Shown piece by piece: positions 29,158 to 39,189 of a DNA stretch of 64,000 bases. The DNA comes from an uncultured Chloroflexia bacterium (GTDB lineage: Bacteria; Chloroflexota; Limnocylindria; Limnocylindrales; CSP1-4): positions 44,927-108,926 of the forward strand of contig CAWDEW010000013.1 of the NCBI GenBank assembly GCA_963801445.1. Direction: 5' to 3'. Every line of letters begins with the position of its first letter. Position 1 is the first letter of the stretch. The translations under genes and the position numbers were made by a program. The notes below the pieces were generated by a model. It made no database searches, was not told the DNA's origin, and saw nothing but the letters and a program-made list of their open reading frames with translations.

Positions 29158-30009
29158 TCAGCGCTTGAGCAGGACGACCCCGCCGACGCAGCCGGGACCC
29201 AGGTGCGGGCCGACCGACGGCCCGACCGTCTCGATGGTCACCCGCGTCGGGTCGATGCCGCCGGGCAGCCGGGCAACCACCTCGTCCCTGAAGGACTCGA
29301 TGTCTCCGGTGACCGTCTGGAGGATGGCGAGGCGCTCCACCGGCCGCGAGGTGAGCAGCTCGATCACGCGCTCGCGGGCCTTGGCGCGGGTCCGGACCCG
29401 GTCCTTCGTCTCGACCAGGCCGTCGATCACGGTGATGATCGGCTTGACCGAGAGGACGGTCCCGATCGCCGCCCGGGCGGCCGAGAGGCGGCCGCCCTTG
29501 CGCAGGTACTCGAGCGTGTCGAGGGCGACGTAGAGGTCGATGTCGCCGATGCGTCGGGTCAGGGTCTCGGCGATCTCCCCTGCCGGGGCGCCGGCGTCCG
29601 CCATCTCCCGCCCGACCACGGCCAGGTGGGAGATCCCCCAGGAGGCGGAGTTGGAATCGATGACGTGGATCTCCTTCCCCGGGTGCTGCTGGGCGCCGAT
29701 GAGGGCCGACTTGTAGGTGCCCGACAGCTTGGAGCCCACCGTCACGCAGACGATCGCGTCGGCCCCTTCCGCGAAGGCCGCCCCGAAGGCCTCGACGAAC
29801 GCGCCGGGAGGCGCGGCGGCCGTGGTCGGGAACGGGGCGTCGGGGGCCAGCATTCGCGCCCAGAAGTCCGCCGTGGAAAGATCCACGCCCGCCCGGAACT
29901 CCCGATCGCCGAAGCTGACGAGCAGCGGCACCACCCGGATCCCGTGCACCGCCGCGGCCTCCGGCGTGATGTCCGACGCGGAGTCCAGGACGATCGCGAT
30001 GCGCGACAT
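29158..30009 (-). CDS. DegV family fatty-acid-binding protein
   Basis: MSRIAIVLDSASDI... with DegV/EDD fold motifs. A strong SD GGGGGAGGAAGAGG precedes the ATG at 30009. Confidence 0.85.
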   Translation of the reverse strand: MSRIAIVLDSASDITPEAAAVHGIRVVPLLVSFGDREFRAGVDLSTADFWARMLAPDAPFPTTAAAPPGAFVEAFGAAFAEGADAIVCVTVGSKLSGTYKSALIGAQQHPGKEIHVIDSNSASWGISHLAVVGREMADAGAPAGEIAETLTRRIGDIDLYVALDTLEYLRKGGRLSAARAAIGTVLSVKPIITVIDGLVETKDRVRTRAKARERVIELLTSRPVERLAILQTVTGDIESFRDEVVARLPGGIDPTRVTIETVGPSVGPHLGPGCVGGVVLLKR

Positions 30010-30151
30010 GGGACCTCTTCCTCCCCCGTGAGCCGGCCTGATGTCCTGGGCGGGACCCGGTCCCGGGTTGCCGGAATGATACGGGACGGTCTCTCGGGAT
30101 TTCGGGCCGGCCGGGCGCGAGCCGGGGCCCGGCCGGCGAACGGGGCGGCGG

Positions 30152-31486
30152 TCAGCCGGGGGGCCGTGGCCCGGGGATCCCCACGACCTGCACGACGCCC
30201 ACGTGGTGCTCATAGGCGCGCAGCCGCCAGAGCGGGAGGACGGCCACGATCACGAAGGCAATCGTCGTCCAGAGGAGCCCGTCCACCCCGGCGCTCTCCG
30301 CCGCCCGGCCGCCGATCAGGCTGCCGGTGATCTGGCCGACGCCCAGGAAGACGCTGTAGAGGCCCATGATCGCCCCCCGATCCTCGGGGTACGACTCGGA
30401 CATGTCGGCCAGGAGCCCGAGCGCCGCCGGCGTTGCGCCGGCCAGGACGAAGACCCCGGCCGCGACCAGCGCGACCAGCCCCAGCATGATCGGCAGGGGC
30501 AGCCCGCGACCGTGGTTCACCGCGAGCGTGGCCGCCACGAGGAGGGCCCCGCCCCCCAGGCCGTAGAAGATGATCGTGGTCCGCCTGATCTTCTTGAAGC
30601 GGTTGCCCCAGTAGACGAGGCCGGCGCCGAAGACCAGGCCGATCACCAGGAGCCCGACGCTCACGACCGCGGGCGAGTAGCCCTGCATGAGGAACTGGTC
30701 CTCGAGCTCGGGCGGGGCGCGCCGGACCAGCTGGAAGAGCGACTGCGACGTCCACGTTCCGAGCGCCGCGTTGACCGCGATCCAGGTGGGGGCCAGCAGC
30801 CAGACGTGCGAGCCGCGCAGGATCTGGAGGTAGCGCCCGAGGTGGGCCCGTCGGGCCGGCGGTCGATCCTGCGCCCGGTCGGCCCGCGGATCGCGCACGC
30901 CGAACCGGTAGATCGCCCACGAGCCGGCGTAGATGGCCGCGTTCACGAAGAACCCCAGGGGCCCGATGAGCGTGTAGAGCAGCCCGCCGGCGACGATGCC
31001 GGCGCCCAGGCCGGCCAGCGTGGCGGCCTCGAAGCGGGCGACCGCCTTGCCCCGCAGGCCCTCGTCGGACGCCGTGGCGATGGCGATGAAGCCCAGGATC
31101 GACGGGACGCTGGCGGCCGTCGAGCCGCCCTCCAGGAGCCGGGTCAGGCCCAGCAGCGGGAGGTTCGCGGTGACCCCCGTGAGGATCGCCGCCGCCACGC
31201 CGAACCCGGGTCCCAGCTGCATCACGCGGTGGTAGCCGATCCGGTCCGCGATCAGCCCGAAGACCGGCGACAGGGCGAGCTCGGAGGCGAAGAAGAGCGC
31301 GGTGAAGACGCCGACCGTCACGCTGCTGACCGGCACGCCCCCGTGCCGATGGAGCTCGGCCAGGTAGTAGGTCAGCATCGCGCCCGTCAGGCCGGTGCTG
31401 AAGCGCAGCGTGAGCGTGCCGAGGACGACGGCCCAGATGGAACGTTCCACCTCCGCAGCGTACCCGCCGCCGCGGTGGGCCTGCAT
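30152..31486 (-). CDS. MFS transporter
   Basis: 444-aa C-terminal part of the 894-aa ORF with 12 predicted TM helices and the MFS motif GLIADRIGYHRVM. Confidence 0.75.
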   Translation of the reverse strand: MQAHRGGGYAAEVERSIWAVVLGTLTLRFSTGLTGAMLTYYLAELHRHGGVPVSSVTVGVFTALFFASELALSPVFGLIADRIGYHRVMQLGPGFGVAAAILTGVTANLPLLGLTRLLEGGSTAASVPSILGFIAIATASDEGLRGKAVARFEAATLAGLGAGIVAGGLLYTLIGPLGFFVNAAIYAGSWAIYRFGVRDPRADRAQDRPPARRAHLGRYLQILRGSHVWLLAPTWIAVNAALGTWTSQSLFQLVRRAPPELEDQFLMQGYSPAVVSVGLLVIGLVFGAGLVYWGNRFKKIRRTTIIFYGLGGGALLVAATLAVNHGRGLPLPIMLGLVALVAAGVFVLAGATPAALGLLADMSESYPEDRGAIMGLYSVFLGVGQITGSLIGGRAAESAGVDGLLWTTIAFVIVAVLPLWRLRAYEHHVGVVQVVGIPGPRPPG

Positions 31487-31501
31487 GCCTAGAATCTCGC
31501 C

Positions 31502-33182
31502 ATGGACCGCCCTCGGCCGCTCGTTCCCGCCCAGGTCGCTCGGGGCTCGTCGGCGGCCGTGGTCGCGCCGCACCATCTCGCGACTGCCGCCGGCCTGGCG
31601 ATCCTGCGGGCGGGCGGCCACGCGGTCGATGCGGCCATCGCCACGAACGCCGTCCTGGGCGTCGTGCTCGGGGAGGCCTGCGGGCTCGGCGGCGACGCAT
31701 TCTGGCTCGTCTGGGACGAGGCCTCGGGCGTTCAGTCGGCGCTCAACGGCTCCGGGCGCGCCCCTGCTGCAGCCGATCCCGCCGGGCTCCGGGCGTCCGG
31801 GCTGGCCAGCCTGCCGTTCCGCGGCCCCCTGACGATCACGGTCCCCGGCGCCGTCCGGTCGTGGTCGGACGCCCACGGGCGGTGGGGCCGCCTCCCGCTC
31901 GGTGACCTGTTCGCCCCGGCGATCGAGCTCGCGGGCGAGGGCTTCCCGGCCGACGACCTGTTCGTGCGGTCCGTGGAGAGATCCGCCCGCACGTTCGACG
32001 CCGAGATCGGGACGCTGGCCGCCGGCTGGCACGCCGTCTACCGCCCAGCCGGTCGACCATGGCGCCCGGGCGAGCGCGTCCGCCTCCCGGCCCTCGCGGC
32101 CACGCTCCGCCGGCTCGCCGAGGCGGGCCTCGACGACTTCTACGAAGGGTGGGTCGGGGAGCGCCAGGCCGCCGGTCTCGCGGCCGCGGGCAGCCCGATC
32201 CGGGCCGCCGACCTGGCCGGGCACGCCTCGACCTGGGGGGTGCCGCTCGCCCTTCCCTATCGCGGCGCTGTCGCGACCACCCACCCCCCCAACAGCTCCG
32301 GCATCGTCGCTCTCGAGATCCTCAACGTGCTCCGGGCGCTGGAGCCGCCCGGGCCGGACGTCTTCGCGCCCGGCGACGGCGGCGCCTCCGCGGGCGCGGA
32401 CCTGCGCTGGGTCCACCTCGGGATCGAAGCCGCCAAGCGCGCCCTCGCCGACCGGAACGCCTACCTGACGGACCCGGCAGCCTTCCAGGCCCCGATGGAG
32501 CGCCTGCTCGACCCGGCCCATGGGGCCGCGCTGGCGCGGGCGATCGATCCGGCCAGGGCGTCGGTCCCGCCCGCCGGTGGCGTGCCGAAGGGTGGCGGGA
32601 CGATCTGGCTCGGGGTCGTCGACGGCGCCGGCAACGCGGTCAGCCTGGTCGAGTCGAACTACGCCGGCTTCGGGTCCGGGATCGTGGACCCGGCGACCGG
32701 GATCGCCTACCAGAACCGGGGCAGCTACTTCTCCCTGGACCCCGGGCACCCCAACGTGCTGGCGCCCGGGAAGCGGACCCTCCACACGCTCCTGCCCGGG
32801 ATGCTCTTCCGGGACGGCCGACCCTGGGTCGTCCATGGGTCCATGGGCGGCGACGCCCAGCCGGCCATCTACGCCCAGGTCGTGAGCGCCCTCGTGGACG
32901 GCGCTGTCGACGTGGCAACCGCGGTGGCGGCGCCGCGCTGGTCACCCGAGCCGCCGGCCCATTTCGCCCCGCCGGAGCAGGTCGCGATCGAACCGCGGTT
33001 CCGGGCCGGGCTCCTCGACGGGCTGCGGGCGATGGGCCATCGGCTCGCCGTCCGCGAACCGTTCGACGGCGGGCTGGGACACGCCCACGCCGATCGAGCT
33101 GGTGGAGGGCGGACCGGCCCGGGGCGGGACGCTCGCGGCCGCCACCGACCCGCGCTCCCCGGGCCTGCCCGCGGCGTGGTGA
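31502..33182 (+). pseudogene. ggt: gamma-glutamyltranspeptidase, +1 frameshift about 90 nt before its native stop
   Basis: Ntn-hydrolase GGT motifs (TTHPPNSSG.. GGGTIWLGVVDGAGNAVSLVESNYAGFGSGIVDPATGIAYQN). After ..GLGHAHA the conserved C-terminus IELVEGGPARGGTLAAATDPRSPGLPAAW-stop continues in the +1 frame (TGA 33180..33182). As written, the ORF instead fuses in frame to the downstream gene, giving the 746-aa ORF 31502..33742. Confidence 0.75.
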
Positions 33183-33190
33183 CGAGAGCG

Positions 33191-33742
33191 ATGGGCGACC
33201 CGTCCGGCGACCGCGCTCCCCTCCTGGCCGCCGAGGCGCGCTCGGCGCTGCTGGCGCGCTTCGGCCGGCTCACCCTGGTGGAGCTGCGCGCCCTCGACGC
33301 CGCGGTCGGGGAGCTCGCCGTGGAGAAGCGCTACCACGGCAAGGTCGATCGAGGATTCCAGCTGGCCTGGTACGACGGCCCGGAGCTCGTGGCCGCCGAG
33401 AATGCCGAGCTCGACGTCCTCTTCTCCGACGTGATGATCGCCCTCGCCCATGGTGTGACCGGCGTGGACGTCGAACGGACCGCAGATCGCCCGGCTCCCC
33501 GGGGGCGCGGCCTGTTCTCCGGCATGACGGCGTTCTTCCTGGCGCCCTCGCGCACGCGCCAGCTGCAGGACGCGGCGATCGAGCTCATCGAGGGTGCCGC
33601 CCGACCCGCGGACCTTCGCCGGGGCATCGTCGCCTGCTGGAACGTGGCCTGCGCAGCGGCGCTGCGAGGGCATCTCCACCCGGAGGTCGTGACGACCCTG
33701 GAGGTCGCGTGGCGACGGGCTCTCGGCGATCCGCCGGCCTGA
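33191..33742 (+). CDS. hypothetical protein (183 aa)
   Basis: ATG 8 nt after the native ggt stop, starting MGDPSGDRAPLL.... No recognised family. Confidence 0.5.
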   Translation: MGDPSGDRAPLLAAEARSALLARFGRLTLVELRALDAAVGELAVEKRYHGKVDRGFQLAWYDGPELVAAENAELDVLFSDVMIALAHGVTGVDVERTADRPAPRGRGLFSGMTAFFLAPSRTRQLQDAAIELIEGAARPADLRRGIVACWNVACAAALRGHLHPEVVTTLEVAWRRALGDPPA

Positions 33743-33876
33743 GCCGCGGCGGGCCGGGCCGGCAGGCCCGGAGCCGGGACCGTGAGACCGCCCGACGGCT
33801 GCGCCGGGGGCGGAGCCCGTGCGATACTCCCCGGCGAGAACGAACCGCGCCTGCGGGCAGCCGACCGGAGGGTCCC

Positions 33877-34140
33877 GTGACCTCGAACATCAGCCAGAGC
33901 TACCCGTACTCCAGCGAGACGGAGGCTCAGCGGGCCGCCGCGGTCGCCACGACCATCGCCGCGCACGACGGGCTCGACGTGACCATCGCGGCCGAGTCGC
34001 TGCCGGTGACCGCCGATGACCGGTGGTGGACCTGGCACCACGCGGGGTGCGGCGGGACGCTCCATGTCGCCGGGTACGCGCGCGATCGTCACGCGCTCTA
34101 CGTCGCCTGCGACCGCTGCGGGAAGACCGCCCTCCGCTGA
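33877..34140 (+). CDS. small Cys-pair protein (87 aa), possible zinc-ribbon
   Basis: GGAGGG SD 5 nt before the GTG. ...WTWHHAGCGGTLHVAGYARDRHALYVACDRCGKTALR carries a C..C/C..C arrangement. Confidence 0.4.
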   Translation: MTSNISQSYPYSSETEAQRAAAVATTIAAHDGLDVTIAAESLPVTADDRWWTWHHAGCGGTLHVAGYARDRHALYVACDRCGKTALR

Positions 34141-34159
34141 GGGCGCCGGGTCCCGACCC

Positions 34160-34973
34160 CTGAGCACCGCCGCGGCGCCCGGCTCCATCCCGGTCGACGC
34201 CGCCGCGCTCGGTGATGCCCGGCGCAGGCTCGCGCTGGACATGCTGGGGATCATCGCCTCCGCGGTCGGCTTCGGCGTCGTCTTCGGGCTGACCGCGCGG
34301 TCCAGCGGGTTCTCGCCGCTGGAGGCATCGGCATTCTCGGTGCTCGTCTTCGCGGGGGCCTCGCAGTTCGCCGCGGCCGGCATGGTGGCGGCCGGGTTCG
34401 CGTGGCCCGCGATCATCGTGCTCACCGCGCTGGTCAACGCCCGCCATGCGCTCTATGCGGCGGCGCTCGCCCCGTGGCTGCGCGAGCGGTCCCGCCTGGA
34501 GCGCGCCGCGATGGCCCACGTGCTCACCGACGAGTCGTTCGCCCTGAGCCTCGTCCACTTCCGGCGGGTCCGCTTCGCCGATCGGCGGGGCTACTGGCTG
34601 GCCGCGATCGGCGGCGTCTTCATCCCCTGGAACCTGGCCACGCTGGTGGGCGTGCTGGGCGGCCAGATCGTGCCGGACCCCCGGGTGCTCGGGACTCGAC
34701 GTCGTCTTCCCGGCCGCGATGGCCGGGCTCGCGGTGGGCCTCGCGACGGGCCGGCGGGAGGTCGTCGCGGGCGGGGCCGGGATCCTCGTGGCGCTTGCCG
34801 TGGGACTCCTGGTGGACCCCCGGGCAGGCGTGTTCGCAGGCGGCGTGCTGGGGCCCGTCGCCGGCCTCCTGGTTCCGCGCCACGACGCGGCCGTGCCCGA
34901 GAGCGACGAGCGGCCGGCGGACCCGGACGCGTTCCGGATCCCGGATCGATCCGAGGACGGGATGGCCCCGTGA
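34160..34973 (+). pseudogene. azlC: AzlC-family branched-chain amino-acid exporter permease, +1 frameshift at about 34694; start codon uncertain
   Basis: ALDMLGIIASAVGFGVVFGL..FAGASQFAAAGMVAAG..LVNARHALYAA.. is in the frame of ORF 34016. The C-terminus LDVVFPAAMAGLAVGLATG...MAP continues in ORF 34719..34973. An inserted a lies in gtgctcggg-a-ctcgac. No canonical start codon lies upstream of the conserved N-terminus, which suggests a further error or an unusual start. Confidence 0.65.
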
Positions 34974-35302
34974 GCTCGCAGCTCGTCCTGCTCGCGGTGC
35001 TGATGGCGGCCGTCACGTACCCGGCGCGCGCGGTCCCGCTGCTGGTTCCCGCCTTCGAGCGCCTGCCGCCGCGGGTGCTGGAGTACCTCCGACTGGTCGG
35101 GCCGGCCGTGCTCGGGTCGATCGCGGCATCCCAGGTCCTCCTGGCGATCGGCCCGGACGGACATGCCACCCTCCACGTCGGCCTCGACGCCCTGGCCGTG
35201 GTCGCCTGCGCGGGCCTGGTCGCCTGGCGGCGGTCGCTCTTCCTCGGCCTCCTCGTCGCGGTGGTCCTCGTCGCGACGCTCCGGGCGGCCGGAATCGCCT
35301 GA
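34970..35302 (+). CDS. azlD: AzlD-family branched-chain amino-acid transport protein
   Basis: The GTG overlaps the azlC stop (GTGA). 110 aa with 4 TM helices, LAVLMAAVTYPARAVPLL.... Confidence 0.7.
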   Translation: MSSQLVLLAVLMAAVTYPARAVPLLVPAFERLPPRVLEYLRLVGPAVLGSIAASQVLLAIGPDGHATLHVGLDALAVVACAGLVAWRRSLFLGLLVAVVLVATLRAAGIA

Positions 35303-35306
35303 CGGA

Positions 35307-35327
35307 CGCTGAATCTCGAATTCAGCG
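35307..35327. terminator. AT-rich perfect hairpin (8-bp stem, 5-nt loop) just after azlD
   Basis: cgctgaat-ctcga-attcagcg, 5 nt after the azlD stop. It contains an EcoRI site. There is no T-tract, so it could instead be an operator for the downstream htrA-like gene. Confidence 0.25.
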
Positions 35328-35406
35328 ATCCTTCACGCGGAAGCGCTACAAGGAGGTCGGAAGACGGGAGGATCGTCTCCATCCACGCCCTCGTCCTGGA
35401 GCAGCA

Positions 35407-36561
35407 ATGGACCAGCTCGGCAGCCCCGAACCTCCGGTGAACCCGGTCGACCGGACCGTTCCCGACGATGCGGCGAACCAGGCGTGGAGCACGCCTGCGC
35501 AACCAGGTGATCCGGCCGATTCGACTCGCTGGACGCAGCCTGCACCGGCGGAGCCTTCCTTCCCCACGGCACCGACGGGTTGGACCGCGTCCAGCTTCCC
35601 GCCTCCTCCGCCGGCCGCTCATCCCGCTCCGTCGCCCGGCCAGCCGGGCCTCGACCCGTGGGCATCGGGCCCCCGGCCGTGGGCTCCAGGGGTGGTACCG
35701 CTTCACGTGACAGCGCAGGCGCCCGACACCCGGGAGCGCAGCGCCACCCGACGCTCCGTCGGCCTCGTCCTGGGGGCGGCTCTCCTCTCGGCGATCCTCG
35801 CATCCGGCGGCACGTACGCGCTCGTCGCCCTGGGCCGCCCGGCAGCGGGAGCACCCGGTGCGACCGCCGCGCCGGCTGCCACCGTGGCCGGCGCCGTCGC
35901 CGCCTCTTCTTCGGGGACGACCACGATCACCGCGGACGACGTCGCGGCCCGGGTGGCCGCCTCCGCCGAACCGTCCGTCGTCACGATCACCGTCGCCGGA
36001 GCCAGCCGCTCGCCCTTCGGCGACGTGACCCAGGGCACCGGCTCCGGGTTCGTGGTCGGCCAGGGCGGCCTGATCCTGACCAACAACCACGTCGTGGCCG
36101 ACGCGACGAGCCTGTCGGTGACGCTCCCGGACGGCAAGATCGTCGACGCGACGATCGTCGCGACCGATCCGGCCCACGACCTTGCCCTGGTCCGGGCCGG
36201 CGGGGTCACCCTGCCGCCGCTCGTGCTGGGGGACGGGTCCCGGCTGACGGTCGGCCAGATCGCCATCGCGATCGGCAGCCCGCTCGGGACGTTCACCCAG
36301 ACCGTGACCCAGGGGATCGTGTCGGGACTCGGGCGCTCGATCGACGTATCGGATGGACCGCGCACCGCAGCCAGGCACCTCGACGGCCTCATCCAGACCG
36401 ACGCCGCCATCAATCCCGGCAACAGCGGAGGGCCGCTCCTGGACTCGGCCGGCCACGTCATCGGGATCGTGACCGCCACTGCGAGCAACTCGCAGGGCGT
36501 CGGCTTCGCCGTCCCGATCAACGTCGCCAAGGACCTCCTGGCCCAGGCCGGGAATAGCTGA
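35407..36561 (+). CDS. S1C (HtrA/DegP-like) trypsin-like serine protease without a PDZ domain
   Basis: Pro-rich N-terminus and a TM helix. Catalytic triad region LTNNHVV (His), DLALV (Asp), GNSGGPLL (Ser). The ORF ends right after the protease domain. Confidence 0.8.
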   Translation: MDQLGSPEPPVNPVDRTVPDDAANQAWSTPAQPGDPADSTRWTQPAPAEPSFPTAPTGWTASSFPPPPPAAHPAPSPGQPGLDPWASGPRPWAPGVVPLHVTAQAPDTRERSATRRSVGLVLGAALLSAILASGGTYALVALGRPAAGAPGATAAPAATVAGAVAASSSGTTTITADDVAARVAASAEPSVVTITVAGASRSPFGDVTQGTGSGFVVGQGGLILTNNHVVADATSLSVTLPDGKIVDATIVATDPAHDLALVRAGGVTLPPLVLGDGSRLTVGQIAIAIGSPLGTFTQTVTQGIVSGLGRSIDVSDGPRTAARHLDGLIQTDAAINPGNSGGPLLDSAGHVIGIVTATASNSQGVGFAVPINVAKDLLAQAGNS

Positions 36562-36641
36562 GCCGCTTTCAGAGAGGCGTGAGACGCGCGGCGCAGGATC
36601 GGAGAGCCACTGCACCGCCGCCAGGCAGGAGTCACGCACCG

Positions 36642-37724
36642 ATGGATCTTCGACCCGTGCCGGTCAAGCCGGCCCGACGCCTCACCGCCCCCCTGGCGGT
36701 CGGACTCGCCGCCCTCGGCGTCGCCGCCGCCGTCCTCGCCGTCGGCCTGACCCCGGGGCCCGGCGGGGCGACCCCGCTGGGCATCCCGCTCCTGGCGGCG
36801 GCGACGCCGGCCGCCGCTCCCACCGGCAGCCCGGGACCCGGCTGGCGCGACGGCGCCGGACGCGGCTGGATGGGCGGACCGGGCATGGGCACGGGTCCGG
36901 GCATGATGGGCGGCGGACGCGGGTTCGGTGACGGGCGTCGGTTCGGCGGCGTGCTCGGGCAGATCACGATCAGCGCGATCGAGGGCACGAAGATCTCGCT
37001 CAAGTCGGCCACGGGCTGGACGCGCACGATCGACGTCGCCTCGATCCCGCTCACGAAGGCCGGCCTCACGATCTCGGCGATCGACCTCAAGGTCGGTGAC
37101 ACGGTCGCCCTCGGCGAGAGCCGCGCGGCCGACGGCTCGTTCACCCTGAGCTCCCTGACCGTCGTCCTCGACGAGGTTGCCGGCTCGGTCACCAGGATCG
37201 ACGCGACGTCGATCACGGTCAGCGACCGCGGCGGCACCGCGGTCACGATCAAGACGAGCACGGGGACCGTCTACCGGCGCGCCGGCCAGTCGATCGCCCG
37301 CAGCGACATCGCGGTCGGCGCCCGGATCGAGGCGTCCGGATCGAAGGCGTCCGACGGCTCGCTCACGGCGGTCGCGGTCGACGTGGCGCCGGACGTCGTC
37401 GTCGGCACGGTCAGCGCGAAGAGCGGCTCGACGCTGACGATCGCCACCGCGGGCGGTGGCACCGCCACGGTGAAGGTGACCGGAACGACGACCTACACCG
37501 TGGCCGGCAAGGCGAGCGCGACGCTCGCGGACGTCGCCGTCAACAACGCGATCCAGGCCGAGGGCGTGCGCGCGGCCGACGGGACGCTCACGGCAACGAG
37601 CATCCGCGCCGGAGCGCTGGGCGGCCCCGGCTGGGGCCCCGGGATGGGTGGCCACGGCTTCGGTCGCCAGGGTGGGCCGGCCGCTTCACCCGCCCCGACG
37701 AAGGCGCCCGGCACCAGCGGCTGA
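36642..37724 (+). CDS. secreted DUF5666-like repeat protein
   Basis: Signal peptide (MDLRPVPVKPARRLTAPLAVGLAALGVAAAVLA), a Gly/Met-rich linker, and three approximately 60-aa tandem repeats of a ...DGS.T..S/T-type domain. It follows the htrA-like gene with an AGGAG SD. Confidence 0.55.
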   Translation: MDLRPVPVKPARRLTAPLAVGLAALGVAAAVLAVGLTPGPGGATPLGIPLLAAATPAAAPTGSPGPGWRDGAGRGWMGGPGMGTGPGMMGGGRGFGDGRRFGGVLGQITISAIEGTKISLKSATGWTRTIDVASIPLTKAGLTISAIDLKVGDTVALGESRAADGSFTLSSLTVVLDEVAGSVTRIDATSITVSDRGGTAVTIKTSTGTVYRRAGQSIARSDIAVGARIEASGSKASDGSLTAVAVDVAPDVVVGTVSAKSGSTLTIATAGGGTATVKVTGTTTYTVAGKASATLADVAVNNAIQAEGVRAADGTLTATSIRAGALGGPGWGPGMGGHGFGRQGGPAASPAPTKAPGTSG

Positions 37725-37819
37725 TCCTCGGAGCTCCCTCGATTCCCGGGGCCGTCCCGGCGGCCGCGGCGACAGCCGACGGGCGCAGCGACCGCGCCGC
37801 CGGGGCGGCGCGCAACGGA

Positions 37820-39064
37820 TTACCGGTCGCGGGCCGCGCCCCAGGCCCTGATCTCGGGGTCACGACCCGTGGCCAGGAGCAGCGCCGCGAACAGCGTGGT
37901 GCGGGGCACGATGCTCGCGACGTCGAGGTACTCGCCAGGGGAGTGATCGAGGCCCCCGGTCGGACCAAGGCCGTCGAGGGACGCCACGCCCATCCCGGAG
38001 GTCGTGTTCGCATCCGACGCCCCGCCGGTCGCCGCGTCCCGGAGCTCGAAGCCGAGCCGTTCGGCCAGCCCGGCCGCGTGCGTCACGAGGCGTCCGGAGC
38101 GCTCCAGCTTCTCCATCGGCCAGTGCCGATGGCGCTCCTCCACCTCGATGGTCACGTCCGCGACGCTCGGTGCCGCCGCGATCGCCCGGACCGCCGCGTC
38201 GGCCGCCACGAGGCTGGCGCGATCGACCGCCCGGAGGTCGACCTGGAGGACGACCCGTTCCGCGACGACGTTCGAGCGGGTCCCCCCCTCGATCACCCCG
38301 ACGTTGCAGGTGACGCCCGTGAACCCGGCGGGCACGGCGTGCAGGCCGATCACCTGGTGGGCCGCCTCCAGGATCGCGCTGCGGCCCTTCTCGGGCTCCA
38401 CGCCGGCATGGGCGGCCCGTCCGTGCACGGTGACCAGGTAGTCGATCGTGCCCTTGCGCGATGAGACGATGTCGCCGTTGGCCCGGCCGCACTCGAGCAC
38501 GAAGGCGACCTCGGAGTCGGCGGCCACCCGGCGGACGTGAGGGGTCGAGGACGTCGAGCCGACCTCCTCGTCCGGGTTGGCGATGACGGTCAGGCGCCCG
38601 AACGGGAGCGGGCCGGCGGCGAGGGCCGCCTCGAGCCCGTAGAGGAGCGTCAGCAGGCCGCCCTTCATGTCCGTCACGCCCGGGCCGGTCGCGATCCCAT
38701 CGGCGACCCGGAAGGGCCTCGCCGCCGCCGTCCCCGCCGGGAAGACCGTGTCCAGGTGGCCGATCAGGAGCGCCCGGGGCCCGCCCGGCGTGGCGAGCGC
38801 GCCGTCGAAGGTCGCCTCCACGGTGTCGCCGAACGTGCCGTCGGGGTCGGGGTGGCGGATCACCGTCCCGCCCATCCGTGCCAGGAACGCCGCCACCCAG
38901 GTCGCGACCTCGTTGACGCCGGCCGGCGTGAAGCTGCCGCAGTCGATGCCGACAAGGAGTTCCAGGTCGGCCAGGAAGGCCGGCTCGGCGGTGGCGATCC
39001 TCTCGTGGAGCGCGGCCAGCTCGGCGTCGGCGACGAGGGCGGTGGGAAGGGTGGGGTCGGTCAT
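37820..39064 (-). CDS. M20 family metallopeptidase (ArgE/DapE/carboxypeptidase G2-like)
   Basis: HLDTV, GVTDMKGG, NPDEEVGS, H..AHAG motifs are consistent with an M20 dimetal site and dimerisation domain. Confidence 0.8.
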   Translation of the reverse strand: MTDPTLPTALVADAELAALHERIATAEPAFLADLELLVGIDCGSFTPAGVNEVATWVAAFLARMGGTVIRHPDPDGTFGDTVEATFDGALATPGGPRALLIGHLDTVFPAGTAAARPFRVADGIATGPGVTDMKGGLLTLLYGLEAALAAGPLPFGRLTVIANPDEEVGSTSSTPHVRRVAADSEVAFVLECGRANGDIVSSRKGTIDYLVTVHGRAAHAGVEPEKGRSAILEAAHQVIGLHAVPAGFTGVTCNVGVIEGGTRSNVVAERVVLQVDLRAVDRASLVAADAAVRAIAAAPSVADVTIEVEERHRHWPMEKLERSGRLVTHAAGLAERLGFELRDAATGGASDANTTSGMGVASLDGLGPTGGLDHSPGEYLDVASIVPRTTLFAALLLATGRDPEIRAWGAARDR

Positions 39065-39189
39065 CGCCGTAGTCTACGGTGCCCGGGCGGCCCGATCCGC
39101 CGGGATGCGGGTCGGCCGGCGAGGTCGCCCTCGGGCCTGCCTGGGCGGACGACCGCGCCGGCCACGGGACGCCGAGGACGCGCGAGCCG

